From the NCBI GenBank assembly GCA_965222615.1, contig CBDCUI010000009.1, positions 32,001 through 96,000 on the forward strand: a stretch of 64,000 bases of DNA. Reading direction: 5' to 3'. The position numbers and the translations under genes were made by a program. Below are positions 19,553 through 30,700 of this stretch, one piece after another (the stretch's first letter is position 1; the number at the start of each line of letters is the position of its first letter). Source of the stretch: Gammaproteobacteria bacterium. Its GTDB lineage: Bacteria; Pseudomonadota; Gammaproteobacteria; UBA4575. The notes beneath the pieces are model-generated. The model saw only the letters and a list, made by a program, of their open reading frames with translations. It was not told the origin of the DNA and ran no database searches.

Positions 19553-20947
19553 TTACTCTTCTAAGTGCGATAGAAGTTTATTGCTCTCACTGGGTTTTTG
19601 GCCATATAAGGAATATGCACCAAAACGCATTTGATGTGCACGCCCAAGTTTTAATTTATAAAAATCAACCTCAAACTCAAGTTCAAGCTTTTTGCCGTTC
19701 CAAGTATATAGTTTCATAAACTGCTCATCGGAATTGCCGGTCTTGTCCCAATTACTCAACAAAGAAGTCGTGTAGTAATTTCGCTTGCCATCCCAACTTT
19801 GTGAAACCATATTCACTTGCTTACCAATAACACGCTCATAGGTTTGTTTGGGTGCAAAGGGATCTGAGATGTCAAAGAAACGCGTCTTGCCGTCCATGAA
19901 CGTTTGTACCCAAAGACCCTGGTCATCCGCCGTGATGGAAATATCCACCGGTAAGGGTACTTTGGATGGGTCACCGATATCAGCTACATCTTTAGAATGC
20001 CATATGCCTTCATCATCTTCATAGATTAAAAAAAGTTTTGATGTTAATGCAGTACTTGTTATGCACCAGTTATTGTTAGAGCCCCATGCACAACGAATTT
20101 CTAAAGGTGCGCCGGGGACATCTAGTACTTGTTTTGGTTTACGTGTATGTAGATCCCATACCACAACCGTGTTACCAAAACGTTTCATCGCCTCTTCATC
20201 TTGAAGCATTTTGCCAAAATCCATCATGTAGTTCGACCAACCAGTGAAAGAGGTTGTAACCATTATGTTACGACGCGGTAACGCGCGAATGTCATAGCCA
20301 TATCCATCTGCATATTTACCACCTTTCTTAGCACCACGAAGATCTTCATCTGTTGGATTCCAATGTGCAGCAATAAAGTCACCTTCGTTGGTGTACTCTG
20401 CTAAACCGGTGCGGCCACCATGGTCTACATTGTTTGATAATCCATTGATGATCATTCGACCCGGCAATGCATATAGCGTATGTGGTCCTACCATACCACC
20501 GGTCTTCTCAACAAAGTCTGTAATGACTTTATGAAGCTTAGGCTTGCCTGGATTGGTATGAACATCAAAAATAAAGATTTTACTGCTGTCTAAACTACCC
20601 GCAAAAAGATATTTACGATCATCGGTTAAACCAGAATGGTGTGCTTCGTTACGCCCCCCTACAGAGAGTACATTCACTACTTTTCCATAGGTCTTTGAAT
20701 CCGGGTTAACCGATACGGTGACAAGCTTGTCCTGTTCATCGCCCATGTCCTCAACACCTAATGTCCAGACATAGACATAATCTTCCTGACCCACAATTTT
20801 TGCCATATAGGGAGACATGCATGTTTCATCTGCCATCGCATTAGTCTGAATACCAACGGCTAAAACAAATACTATAAATGCAAAGGTCAACACGCATGGC
20901 AACCACTTGGTTGATACTGTCATTTTCTTCATATCATATGACTCCAT
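19553..20947 (-). CDS. mtoX: Methanethiol oxidase (SBP56/SELENBP1 family), periplasmic
   Basis: Signal peptide then DETCMSPY...VWTLG, EAHHSG, GPHTLYALPGR, TGWSNYMMD and SNWDK (both TTQ-forming Trp contexts), LGRAH. Confidence 0.88.
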   Translation of the reverse strand: MESYDMKKMTVSTKWLPCVLTFAFIVFVLAVGIQTNAMADETCMSPYMAKIVGQEDYVYVWTLGVEDMGDEQDKLVTVSVNPDSKTYGKVVNVLSVGGRNEAHHSGLTDDRKYLFAGSLDSSKIFIFDVHTNPGKPKLHKVITDFVEKTGGMVGPHTLYALPGRMIINGLSNNVDHGGRTGLAEYTNEGDFIAAHWNPTDEDLRGAKKGGKYADGYGYDIRALPRRNIMVTTSFTGWSNYMMDFGKMLQDEEAMKRFGNTVVVWDLHTRKPKQVLDVPGAPLEIRCAWGSNNNWCITSTALTSKLFLIYEDDEGIWHSKDVADIGDPSKVPLPVDISITADDQGLWVQTFMDGKTRFFDISDPFAPKQTYERVIGKQVNMVSQSWDGKRNYYTTSLLSNWDKTGNSDEQFMKLYTWNGKKLELEFEVDFYKLKLGRAHQMRFGAYSLYGQKPSESNKLLSHLEE

Positions 20948-21529
20948 ATCAGTTAGATTTAGTGAAATTTAGAATTAAAATTCTTCTTCTATAAGAACCC
21001 AAACCCTACTATGTTCCATAGCCCATAAAAAATACTGATCTAGATCAGAATTTAGTAACAAAACATAAAACTATAATAGAAAGCTAAGCTATTACTAATC
21101 TTATATTAATAGTTGTACTTTCTTTATTCTTGAGTGTAATTACTAAAGTACTCTATTTATAGTACAAATATTGTAGTCAGCTTATATGGAAATTGAGGAT
21201 TTTGATTTGTAATAAGACTTGGAAGAATAATTAAAATCAGAAGGTAAGTCATTTTTATAATTTAATTATTACACGAAGATAGAAAATGTATTTATAGTGC
21301 GTACAAATTTATTCAAGCCATATTTATTCATATGCAGCAGATAAATAATGAAAATAGCATATAAAATATACTAATTTTAGCGACCTAATTTTGTATTTTT
21401 CAGATGTTTTTTACTACTATCTTGCATGGATTAAGTGAAAGAATATATTTGAGCTATTACTATATTTTTTGTAGCACATAAATGTATGTGCTAACTGTAT
21501 GATTATATTATTAGCTTAAAAAAGAAATA

Positions 21530-22216
21530 TTGATGAATTATTGTCAATTTTGCCCAGTTGCTAAAGCATCAGAGATTTTGGGAGATAAATGGACATTCCT
21601 AATTTTACGTGAGTTATTAATGGGTGGGCGGCGTTTTAAAGATTTTCAACGTGGCTTATCTAGAATTTCACCGACACTTCTATCGACAAGACTACGTCAG
21701 TTACAAAAGCAAGGTATTGTTGTACGAAAGAAAATTTCTGGTCAACGGGGATGCGAATATAATTTAACTAAAGCTGGTGAAGAAGTAATGCCTATTATCC
21801 AAGCATTGGGTTCATGGGGTATGAAATGGGCACGTGGTCAGATTGAAAAAGAAGATTTGGATGTTGAACTGCTGATGCTTTATCTGGAAAGAAGTATACG
21901 CCCAGATAAACTTACTGGAAGTGAGACTGTGATACATTTTAAATTTATGGATCTTGATAAATTCCAAGACTGGTGGATTTTAATTCAAAATGAAGATGTT
22001 GATGTATGTACTATAGACCCTGGAAAAGAAATAAATGTATGGTTTATTACTGATCTCAGCACTATGGTTAAAGTATGGATGGGTGATAAGACCTATGATT
22101 CGGCAATGAAAGAAAACAAATTAAAAATTGTTGGTCCTAGTAGGTTGATAAAAAATGTATCAAGCTGGATGGTAAATAGTAGTTTTGCAAAAATGAGTAT
22201 AGGGAATAGCGAATAA
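21530..22216 (+). CDS. HxlR-family winged-helix regulator with C-terminal SCP2-like domain
   Basis: YCQFCPVAKASEILGDKWTFLILREL, ISPTLLSTRL, YNLTKAG. Confidence 0.85.
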   Translation: MMNYCQFCPVAKASEILGDKWTFLILRELLMGGRRFKDFQRGLSRISPTLLSTRLRQLQKQGIVVRKKISGQRGCEYNLTKAGEEVMPIIQALGSWGMKWARGQIEKEDLDVELLMLYLERSIRPDKLTGSETVIHFKFMDLDKFQDWWILIQNEDVDVCTIDPGKEINVWFITDLSTMVKVWMGDKTYDSAMKENKLKIVGPSRLIKNVSSWMVNSSFAKMSIGNSE

Positions 22217-22805
22217 GTATTTTTTGCAAATCAATATATTGAATTTCTTCAATTTCGAATTAAATTCCTTTGCTCGAATATAGACATATTATTCGTAGAA
22301 TTAAATATATATATCTTTAAAGATCTCTTTGTTTTCTACCGCAGATCACGCTTCGAGAGTTCCTCGTTATTTTTAGATCAAGTTTGGCGGCTAGATACAT
22401 ATGCATGCATAGTTCGACATGTTTGCCTAGTGTGCGTCTGGATATGAGAGTAGAGAGGCATTATGGAAAGTGCATACATACAAGAAGCAATATTAACTAT
22501 CCCAAGTAATCCCAGTATTAACAAATTTGTGTTTATAGAGGTATTTTGTAATATCAATCTATGAACACATCAATATTTATTTAGAATTAATTTGTGGCAA
22601 TTGATTTGTGATAAAAATCACTCTTTATTGAAACTATGTATTCATGTAGATAGTAGAAAGAATAAGTCTGACAATTACAATTTTAGTTCACATGAGTTTA
22701 CGAATGTACTTCGTAAACCTTGCTATATTAAAAATATAATTTTTTAAACAAAATCATTAGTCATTGGCACATACCACATGACTAATAATATTAGCGAGGT
22801 GCGTT

Positions 22806-22994
22806 GTGAAAGAAGACGATAGTGAATTAAATGCAGCAATGAATCAAATAGAAAAGAAATATGGGTTGAAAGTAAGGGCAGAGGCAAATGAATTTATTTC
22901 AGATGCGCTGAGTGTAGATCAGCCACTCAGCGATTATGAGGTGTTATATGTAACTGAATTGTTAATCAGAGGATCTAGAGCGGCTATTTGCTAA
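22806..22994 (+). CDS. Small hypothetical protein
   Basis: 62-aa ORF with GAGG RBS before a GTG start. Confidence 0.5.
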   Translation: MKEDDSELNAAMNQIEKKYGLKVRAEANEFISDALSVDQPLSDYEVLYVTELLIRGSRAAIC

Positions 22995-23267
22995 GTCATT
23001 TTTGTTTTACCAAAGCAAAGCGACTGATAGTGTCCGTTTGCTTTAGCCTACTTATGCCACAGTTTTTCACGTAGTATTCTCATTCGAGAGTTTTATCCTT
23101 TGCAAAACAATCTGTGTTTTGCCAATTGTAGCTATAAAAACTAGCTATATATTTTATTTGTAGTTCCTATAGACTTTTCGCCTTCGATTTAAATAATTAT
23201 AAATAATCAACGTAATCAATCCTGCCGCAAATATGTCTATATAGTAATCAAAGATAGTGAGGCCGGT

Positions 23268-24119
23268 TTGATGAGATCTATAATTATTGTTCGTATTAAG
23301 TACATATTACCCCTAATATTCTTGCTTTATATTGCAACAAATACTTTCGTCATAGCCGAAACGTCATCGGAAGAGCAAATGCTTTTTATTCCAGGTGGTG
23401 AATTTAATATGGGCTGTTCTGTTGGAGATAAAAATTGCGGAGACGATGAAGGCCCTATAGGTGGTATTGTCGTGATGGTTCCAGATTTTGTTATTGATCA
23501 ATATGAAGTGACCGTTGCTGATTATCTTGCATGCATAGAAGCTGGTAAATGCGGACGACCAAAAGATCATGCGCGTAATAAATATTGTAATGTAGGCGAA
23601 CCATCTCGTAGTAATCACCCCGCTAATTGCGTAGATTGGGATGAAGCGTTGGCGTATTGTGAATGGAAAGGCAAAAGACTCCCTTATGAGGCTGAGTGGG
23701 AGAAGGCGGCTCGGGCTGGGTCGACTACTCGTTATTCTTGGGGTCAAGAAGTTGATTGCACTCATGCCATCGTAGATGACGGTAAAACGTTTGGTTCGGT
23801 ACCAAATGAACTTGATGGTTGCGGTGAAGATCGTACTTGGGAAATCGGAAGTCGCGAGCCGAATAAATTAGGTCTGTACGACATGCACGGAAATACTGGA
23901 GAGTGGACGATGAATTGGTATTCACCAGGTGCGATCCGCAATCTCTATGCTAAGGGTGATCTTAAAGGGCCAGAAAGAGGCAAACAAAGAGTCGTTCGTG
24001 GCGGTTCTTGGGATGAAAATAAAAAGAATTTACGTAGCTCATTTCGAAATGTAAAACCACCTGTTAGCGGTAAAAGTATTTATGGATCGATTGGGTTTCG
24101 CTGTGCGGCATCGAACTAA
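23268..24119 (+). CDS. Formylglycine-generating enzyme (SUMF1/FGE-sulfatase) domain protein, exported
   Basis: IPGGEFNMG, RLPYEAEWEKAAR, GLYDMHGN, VVRGGSW, GFRCA; N-terminal hydrophobic segment. Confidence 0.88.
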   Translation: MMRSIIIVRIKYILPLIFLLYIATNTFVIAETSSEEQMLFIPGGEFNMGCSVGDKNCGDDEGPIGGIVVMVPDFVIDQYEVTVADYLACIEAGKCGRPKDHARNKYCNVGEPSRSNHPANCVDWDEALAYCEWKGKRLPYEAEWEKAARAGSTTRYSWGQEVDCTHAIVDDGKTFGSVPNELDGCGEDRTWEIGSREPNKLGLYDMHGNTGEWTMNWYSPGAIRNLYAKGDLKGPERGKQRVVRGGSWDENKKNLRSSFRNVKPPVSGKSIYGSIGFRCAASN

Positions 24120-25028
24120 TTAGATCGATTGAAAATAAGCTAACATTTGTTTTCGCATGGTGGTATCTGGTAATGGGCCTAGCAGGGCGCCCATGTTTTC
24201 ATCCATATGGTCTACGCGTGAAGTTGCTGGAATGGCTATCGTCACTGCAGGATGCGAAACAATAAATTTTAAAAAATACTGAGCCCAGTTTTTGCATTCT
24301 ATTTCTATTGCCCAGCTGGGTAATGATTTATTTTTAACATAGCTAAATAATTGGCCACGTCGAAAAGGCCGGTTAATAATGACCGCTATACCGCGATCTG
24401 CGGCTAATGGAAGTAATGTATTTTCTGCCTCTCGATCTGCTAGGTTGTATGTAAATTGAACGAAGTCTAAAGGTTCGTTTTGCATAATCTTGATAAGTTC
24501 TTCATGTCGTCGACCATGAGAGGTTGTAACCCCAAGATAACGTATGCGTTCAGAATCTTTCCACTCTCGTAATGTTTTCATATGTGAATTCCAATCTAAA
24601 AGATTATGAATTTGCATGAGATCGAAATTATTTAATCTCCATAGCTTTTCGGATTCTTTCATTTGCGTAATTCCAATTGCACGTCCAGGCGTCCAAACTT
24701 TTGTTGCTGAGAACAAAGCGCTTGAATGACTAATTTGTGCTAAACATTTACCTATAACTGCTTCTGATGAACCATACATAGGCGATGAATCAATCAGTGA
24801 GCCTCCTGAGGAGAAAAAATGTTTTAATACTTCTACACAGTTTTGAATAGCATTGTCGTCTCTGCCTACATCAAAGGTAATCCAGGATCCCATACCGATT
24901 ACTGGTAAGTTTTCACCAGTGTTAGGAATTGCACGTGTGATAATGGCAGAAGATTTAGCGAAAGAAGAAGTTCTCGCTGAGGACAAAAAGCTCGCTGCAG
25001 TAGTATATAGAAATTCTCGACGATTCAA
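24120..25028 (-). CDS. Aldo/keto reductase with Tat-like signal
   Basis: NRREFL twin-arginine motif; IGMGSW, DSSPMYG, ATKVW, DLMQIHN, AIPATS. Confidence 0.88.
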   Translation of the reverse strand: MNRREFLYTTAASFLSSARTSSFAKSSAIITRAIPNTGENLPVIGMGSWITFDVGRDDNAIQNCVEVLKHFFSSGGSLIDSSPMYGSSEAVIGKCLAQISHSSALFSATKVWTPGRAIGITQMKESEKLWRLNNFDLMQIHNLLDWNSHMKTLREWKDSERIRYLGVTTSHGRRHEELIKIMQNEPLDFVQFTYNLADREAENTLLPLAADRGIAVIINRPFRRGQLFSYVKNKSLPSWAIEIECKNWAQYFLKFIVSHPAVTIAIPATSRVDHMDENMGALLGPLPDTTMRKQMLAYFQSI

Positions 25029-25144
25029 CGATGTTAAGCAATATTAAGTGTTACGATAATACGATATTGAGTAACGATTGCTCGTGTTGCAAATGTAAAA
25101 TTTAAATCTGTGTGCTAAATTTAATCTATAATCAAATCTAATTA

Positions 25145-25342
25145 ATGAAGAATAAAAAGCTAATCATTGTTGCAGCTGTAGTTGCCTTATTCGCTTTGCT
25201 GGTGGCAAGTGTGTTTTTTTTAGTGAGAACCGGGGTAGTGAGTCCTCAAGTCGGCTTGTTAATGCTTATTGCTTTATTAGGTCTTTATGTAGGGTTCGGG
25301 ATCCTAATAGCCGTATACCGTCTAGTTCAGAAACTACAATGA
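25145..25342 (+). CDS. Small two-TM membrane protein
   Basis: 65 aa with two hydrophobic helices. Confidence 0.65.
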   Translation: MKNKKLIIVAAVVALFALLVASVFFLVRTGVVSPQVGLLMLIALLGLYVGFGILIAVYRLVQKLQ

Positions 25343-25558
25343 TACTTTTTCCATATTTGAAAAACGTGAGAAAAGCAGTTCGAATGTTTCATCGCCTACA
25401 AAGTTTTCTCCCACTTCGATATTAGAAATACGTCGATCTGGGTATCTACGTCGATCATGACGTATACACACCCCTTGTCGAGTGATTACCGGAAATTGTG
25501 CACCTTGTATTGAATTACGTCGCTCAGAACCGATACGACGTTCGAGTGGATTGTCCAT
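25334..25558 (-). CDS. Small Arg-rich protein with two (E/D)RRxxx(E/D)RR motifs; paralog of 25767-25991
   Basis: ERRIGSERR and DRRRYPDRR; aligns with the neighbouring ORF. Confidence 0.75.
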   Translation of the reverse strand: MDNPLERRIGSERRNSIQGAQFPVITRQGVCIRHDRRRYPDRRISNIEVGENFVGDETFELLFSRFSNMEKVSL

Positions 25559-25643
25559 AGCCTATTCGTTCCCTTGGTCTTTATTATTATAGTTTGTGAC
25601 TTAATTACGAATAGGCAGTATCTTTGAATTACACGTAGTGTTG

Positions 25644-25659
25644 TGTGAGTAAACTCACA
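25644..25659. promoter_or_regulatory. CRP-family binding site
   Basis: Perfect TGTGA-GTAAAC-TCACA upstream of 25334-25558. Confidence 0.65.
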
Positions 25660-25766
25660 TTCTCAATTGAAAGCGCTAAGAAATTAGTGAGTTACATTGA
25701 AATACTCAAATATTGGATTATATAGGCGTTTGATCGATATTGCGTTTAGACAAATAGGGTCTGTGG

Positions 25767-25991
25767 CTATTTGCTAAATAGGTTTTCGAACATTTCCCCA
25801 TTCAGGGCGAGCTCTTTTACTTGAATATTTGCGAGGCGTCGGTCTGGAGAATTTCTTCGATCGGCTTTGATGTAACGTCCCTCGCTATCAATCAGCGGGA
25901 ATGCTGCCTTATTCACTTGTAAACGTCTATCAATCGTCTGCCTACGATCGTCAACAAGTAATATATCAGCTCCATTTTGGCTACTAGTCAT
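25767..25991 (-). CDS. Small Arg-rich protein with two DRRxxxDRR motifs; paralog of 25334-25558
   Basis: DRRQTIDRR and DRRNSPDRR; GGAG RBS. Confidence 0.75.
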   Translation of the reverse strand: MTSSQNGADILLVDDRRQTIDRRLQVNKAAFPLIDSEGRYIKADRRNSPDRRLANIQVKELALNGEMFENLFSK

Positions 25992-26063
25992 TGTAGTGCT
26001 CCTGCATCCATACTTATATGACTACACGACAATTGCATAATCCAACTCATACAATCAGCATAA

Positions 26064-26079
26064 TGTTAAGGGTTTCACA
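26064..26079. promoter_or_regulatory. CRP-family binding site (one mismatch)
   Basis: TGTTA-AGGGTT-TCACA upstream of 25767-25991. Confidence 0.5.
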
Positions 26080-26184
26080 TATTGTACAAAAAAACAACAC
26101 TAAGTTTAGGCATGTTTTTATGTGTATGATAGCTAAATGGCATATTAATCTACTCGATATCAATAAGTTATTTTCCAATTAAAA

Positions 26185-27522
26185 ATGCATGATCTATTAA
26201 TAATCAACGCGACAGTTGTTAATGAGCATACGATCTCCGAACAAGACGTAGCGATAGCAAATAAGCGGATTGTTCAAGTTGATAAAAATTTACAACATCT
26301 ACAGGCAAAAAATATTATTGATGCGAATGGTAAATTCTTGATACCAGGCATGATTGATGACCAAGTGCATTTTCGTGAACCTGGTTTGACATATAAGGGA
26401 GACATCGTCACTGAGTCTCGTGCTGCAATTGCTGGAGGTATTACAAGCTTTATGGACATGCCGAATGTCAAACCTCCAACTTTAAGCTTGGAACTATTAG
26501 AACAAAAGTATCAAGCAGCGAATCAGCGAGCATTAGCCAATTACGCTTTTTACTTAGGAGCCAGTAACGATAATTTAGAGGTGATCAAACGCGCACCTAA
26601 AGATCTTGCCTGCGGAGTAAAAGTATTCATGGGTGCTTCTACTGGTAACATGTTAGTGGATCAATATGATGTGTTAGAAGGAATTTTTCAGTACTCGCCT
26701 GTTCCTATCATTACGCATTGTGAAGAGTCTCCGTTAATTGAACAAAACTTGAAAAAATTTCAACAAGAATATGGTGATGATATTCCAATTGAATTTCATC
26801 CGATCATTCGATCAGAAGAAGCTTGTTATCAATCTTCTTTAAAAGCAGTAAATTTAGCTAAGCAATACGAGGCACAACTCCATGTATTGCACCTCACTAC
26901 TGCGCGTGAATTAGAGCTATTTCAAAAAGGCAATGTTGAAGACAAATCCATAACTGCTGAGGTCTGTGTGCATCATTTATTTTTTAATGCGGCAGATTAT
27001 GCGACCAAAGGTTCTTTAATAAAATGTAATCCTGCAATTAAAACTTTGCAAGACCAACAGGGTCTTTTGCAAGGAGTAGTTGATGATCGAATTGATATTA
27101 TCGCGACAGACCATGCACCACATTTATTGGAAGAAAAACATGGAAATTATATGGAATCCCCAGCTGGTTTGCCGTTAGTTCAGCATGCGTTATTGACTCT
27201 ATTAGAACATTATCATGATAATGTATTGAGCATTGAAAAAATCGTCGAGAAAACAAGCCATAATGTGGCGAAGCGATTTTCTATTGTAGATAGGGGTTAT
27301 ATTCGAGAAGGATATTTTGCAGATCTGACGATAGTAGATACTAATAAATCGTACCTAGTAACTTCAGATAATGTCTTGGCAAAATGTGGTTGGTCACCGT
27401 TTGAAGGTTATAGTTTTCGCTCTAGTATAGATTCAACTATTTTGAACGGAAATCTCGTGTTTGAAAAAGGTGTTTTTTCAGACACTGCTTTTTTCGGAGA
27501 ACGTCTGCAGTTTAATCGTTAA
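26185..27522 (+). CDS. pyrC: Dihydroorotase (amidohydrolase superfamily)
   Basis: PGMIDDQVHFREPG, DMPN, KVFMGASTG, IKCNPAIK, ATDHAPH. Confidence 0.88.
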   Translation: MHDLLIINATVVNEHTISEQDVAIANKRIVQVDKNLQHLQAKNIIDANGKFLIPGMIDDQVHFREPGLTYKGDIVTESRAAIAGGITSFMDMPNVKPPTLSLELLEQKYQAANQRALANYAFYLGASNDNLEVIKRAPKDLACGVKVFMGASTGNMLVDQYDVLEGIFQYSPVPIITHCEESPLIEQNLKKFQQEYGDDIPIEFHPIIRSEEACYQSSLKAVNLAKQYEAQLHVLHLTTARELELFQKGNVEDKSITAEVCVHHLFFNAADYATKGSLIKCNPAIKTLQDQQGLLQGVVDDRIDIIATDHAPHLLEEKHGNYMESPAGLPLVQHALLTLLEHYHDNVLSIEKIVEKTSHNVAKRFSIVDRGYIREGYFADLTIVDTNKSYLVTSDNVLAKCGWSPFEGYSFRSSIDSTILNGNLVFEKGVFSDTAFFGERLQFNR

Positions 27523-27535
27523 CAGGCAACTTAAC

Positions 27536-27766
27536 ATGCTACGTCTTGTTAAAATTCATATTATATTTTTAATTGTTGCTTTAATTATTGCATTTATTTT
27601 GGTACCTATGGATATGTCGTATTTACGTAATTTACCTAAAGAAGAAGTTAATAGTTACTTAAATGGTGCATTTAATTTAGAGAACACTCGGATTTGGAAA
27701 GTTGTTTTTACTTGGTTTCTTGGCCTAACTTGTGGAAGGTTAATGCTTCGCGCATTAATGAAATAA
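27536..27766 (+). CDS. Small membrane protein
   Basis: ATG at 27536 avoids overlap with pyrC; two hydrophobic segments. Confidence 0.55.
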   Translation: MLRLVKIHIIFLIVALIIAFILVPMDMSYLRNLPKEEVNSYLNGAFNLENTRIWKVVFTWFLGLTCGRLMLRALMK

Positions 27767-27794
27767 CCAATCATAATTATTATATAGTAAAATT

Positions 27795-28310
27795 TTGAAA
27801 AATTTCAGAAATAGAAACAGACTGAAAGATGTGAATGTACTGTTTGTGTGCATGGGAAACATATGCCGATCGCCAACAGCATTAGGGGTGTTTCAAAAAC
27901 TTGTTCACGATGCGTCATTGCAACACGTTATCGGTTCTGATTCTGCAGGCACCTATGCATATCATGCTGGAGAAATGCCAGATCCGAGAGCGATAGCTGC
28001 TGCCAAAAAACGTGGCTATGATTTGAGTAGAATACAAGCACGAAAAGTAGAAACTTTAGATTTTGAGAGATTCGATTATGTTCTCGCAATGGATAACGAT
28101 AACAAACAAGATTTGCTAGAAATTTGTGGTGAAAACCATAAAAAGAAAATTAAACTGTTATTGGAATTTTTAAGGAGATCTAAAGTAAAAGAGGTGCCTG
28201 ATCCTTATTATGGAGGTAAAAGAGGTTTCGAGACTGTCTTAGATCTCGTCGAAGAAGCAAATCGAGAACTGTTAGAGTTTATAAAAACAATGCACTCATT
28301 GCGAGGTTAA
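27795..28310 (+). CDS. Low molecular weight protein-tyrosine phosphatase
   Basis: VLFVCMGNICRS P-loop, DSAGT, VPDPYYG. Confidence 0.93.
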   Translation: MKNFRNRNRLKDVNVLFVCMGNICRSPTALGVFQKLVHDASLQHVIGSDSAGTYAYHAGEMPDPRAIAAAKKRGYDLSRIQARKVETLDFERFDYVLAMDNDNKQDLLEICGENHKKKIKLLLEFLRRSKVKEVPDPYYGGKRGFETVLDLVEEANRELLEFIKTMHSLRG

Positions 28311-28365
28311 AACTAGCATTACTTTAAAAGTTAACTCCAGTTCTTGATGATTCGTTATCTATCTG

Positions 28366-30318
28366 TTAAGTCACACTAGAAGTTTGTGAAGCTGCGTTGT
28401 TAGATTCTGAGCGTGTTTGCTCGCCTTTATCATTATTACGTTTACTGTTGTAATTTCGATTATTAGCACGTCTTCTCGAGTTATCATTTCTGCGTCTGTT
28501 ATTGTTACGCGAATTATCACGCGAACTTCTTCGTCTTTGTCCACCAGAACGATTACGTTGACGATTATTGTTTTGATACTTTCTTGAGCGCTCTCTTGAT
28601 TTGTTGGCGTGTGAAGCTCTTTTCTTCTGTGTTTGTTCTTCTTTTCCAAATAGTGAAGTAATTAAGCGGCTAAAAAATCCAGGTTTTGTAGGGCTTGCTG
28701 GCTTTTGTGGTGTGGGAGCAGGGCTTGTAGTTTGTATGGATTTCACCGCAGGTTGTTCGGTAACAGGTGTTGTGTGCGCAGTTAAGTTCACACTGGTTTC
28801 TTCTGCTGGTATCAAGTCATAACTTGATTTGTCACTTAATTCTTTATCATCATCACGTATACGTTCTACAGAAAAATGAGGTGTTTCAAGATTAGGGTCG
28901 GGAACTATAATAAGTTGGACTTTGTGTCGCGCTTCGATTTCACTAATAGCAGTACGTTTTTCATTTAACAAGAAGCTTGTTACATCAACAGGTAACTTTG
29001 CGATTACTTTGCCGGTTTTTTCTTTCATCGCTTCTTCTTCAATCAGGCGTAACACGGCTAAGGCAAGCGATTCAATACCGCGTATCGTGCCATGACCCGT
29101 ACAACGAGGGCATACAATTTGACTGGATTCTTTCAGCGATGGCCGCAATCTTTGGCGTGACATTTCTAATAGGCCAAAACGCGAGATTCTGCTTATTTGT
29201 ACTCGAGCACGGTCAATTTTTAATGCCTCACGTAGACGATTTTCTACTTCGCGTTGATTTTTATTTGACATCATGTCAATGAAATCAATAACGATAAGCC
29301 CGCCTAGATCACGTAAACGTAGTTGTCTGGCGATTTCATCAGCTGCTTCGAGATTGGTGTTTAGTGCAGTTTCTTCTATATCACTGCCTTTAGTGGCTCT
29401 GGCAGAGTTGATATCAATAGATATCATCGCTTCAGTATGGTCAATAACCACGGAACCACCTGATGGTAGTGAAACTTCACGCTCAAAGGCGGATTCAATT
29501 TGGGTTTCAATTTGATAGCGATTGAATAGAGGCACGGTATCTTCATATAAATTAAGCTTTTTAAGATTGTGGGGCATAACTTGCTCGACAAACTTCTTCG
29601 CGTCATTAAAGACACGTGCATCGTCAATAATAATTTCACCAATATCATCCCTAAGATGGTCACGTAGGGCACGAATAATTACATTGCTTTCTTGATAGAT
29701 GAGAAATGGCTCATCTTGAGAGTCTGCAGCTTTTAGGATGGCGTTATTAAGTTGTAACAGATAGTTAAGGTCCCATTGCAATTCCTCGACGGTTCGTCCT
29801 ACACCTGCAGTTCGAACAATGGTCCCCATACCTTTAGGTATATCAAGCTGTTCGACGGTGTTACGTAGTTCTTCACGTTCATCGCCTTCAATGCGGCGAG
29901 AAACCCCACCAGCTCGAGGATTATTCGGCATTAAAACAAGATAACGACCGGCAAGACTTAAATATGTGGTGAGTGCTGCACCTTTATTGCCACGTTCTTC
30001 GCGCTCAACTTGGATGGTTATTTGTTGCCCTTCGGATAAAAGATCTTTGATAGGAGCACGATCGTCAGCATTCGAGTTATTATCTAAATAACTGCGTGCA
30101 ATTTCTTTAAAGGGAAGAAAGCCATGGCGTTCTGCGCCATAGTTTACAAAGGCGGCCTCAAGGCTCGGTTCAATACGAGTGATTACACCCTTGTAAATAT
30201 TGCCTTTCTTTTGGTTTCGTGACGGTAATTCGATGTCTAGGTCGTATAGTCGCTGACCGTCGACCATCCCTACACGCAATTCCTCTTGCTGTGTAGCATT
30301 GATTAAAATTCTTTTCAT
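28366..30318 (-). CDS. rne: Ribonuclease E (short form, 650 aa)
   Basis: [17 protein letters not shown]1 domain, [15 protein letters not shown] Zn-link, membrane helix [12 protein letters not shown], Arg-rich segment; divergent from rluC. Confidence 0.95.
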   Translation of the reverse strand: MKRILINATQQEELRVGMVDGQRLYDLDIELPSRNQKKGNIYKGVITRIEPSLEAAFVNYGAERHGFLPFKEIARSYLDNNSNADDRAPIKDLLSEGQQITIQVEREERGNKGAALTTYLSLAGRYLVLMPNNPRAGGVSRRIEGDEREELRNTVEQLDIPKGMGTIVRTAGVGRTVEELQWDLNYLLQLNNAILKAADSQDEPFLIYQESNVIIRALRDHLRDDIGEIIIDDARVFNDAKKFVEQVMPHNLKKLNLYEDTVPLFNRYQIETQIESAFEREVSLPSGGSVVIDHTEAMISIDINSARATKGSDIEETALNTNLEAADEIARQLRLRDLGGLIVIDFIDMMSNKNQREVENRLREALKIDRARVQISRISRFGLLEMSRQRLRPSLKESSQIVCPRCTGHGTIRGIESLALAVLRLIEEEAMKEKTGKVIAKLPVDVTSFLLNEKRTAISEIEARHKVQLIIVPDPNLETPHFSVERIRDDDKELSDKSSYDLIPAEETSVNLTAHTTPVTEQPAVKSIQTTSPAPTPQKPASPTKPGFFSRLITSLFGKEEQTQKKRASHANKSRERSRKYQNNNRQRNRSGGQRRRSSRDNSRNNNRRRNDNSRRRANNRNYNSKRNNDKGEQTRSESNNAASQTSSVT

Positions 30319-30700
30319 AGTTAACTCTGTAAAATGTCCATAGCCTTCGTGACGTACTAGTAATCCCCAAAGGTAAATTTTTCTCTATCAGGCATTCTCT
30401 TGCTGATAGGAGAGTAGGTAGACGAAGGAAAAATTGAATTATGATATTTAAAAAACTAAACATACTGTATTTCGTATGATTTGATATTACTTATAAATTC
30501 TTCGCTGCATTTTGTTGATGAAAAATACAGGGAATGTGGTAAATCTTTGTTAACCAAACAGGAACAACAGATCACAATTTGGTGTGTTACGCTAGAATAT
30601 TGCGTAACTATTTAATAATACACAATATAACTATACCAATCTCTTATATGTCCAGCAAATTGAATGATCATTTACTTATCTATATTGGCTGGAAGGTCAT

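Noticed and set aside
30170-30463. 97-aa ORF overlapping the rne start
   Set aside because: Alternative frame across the rne leader; no supporting features
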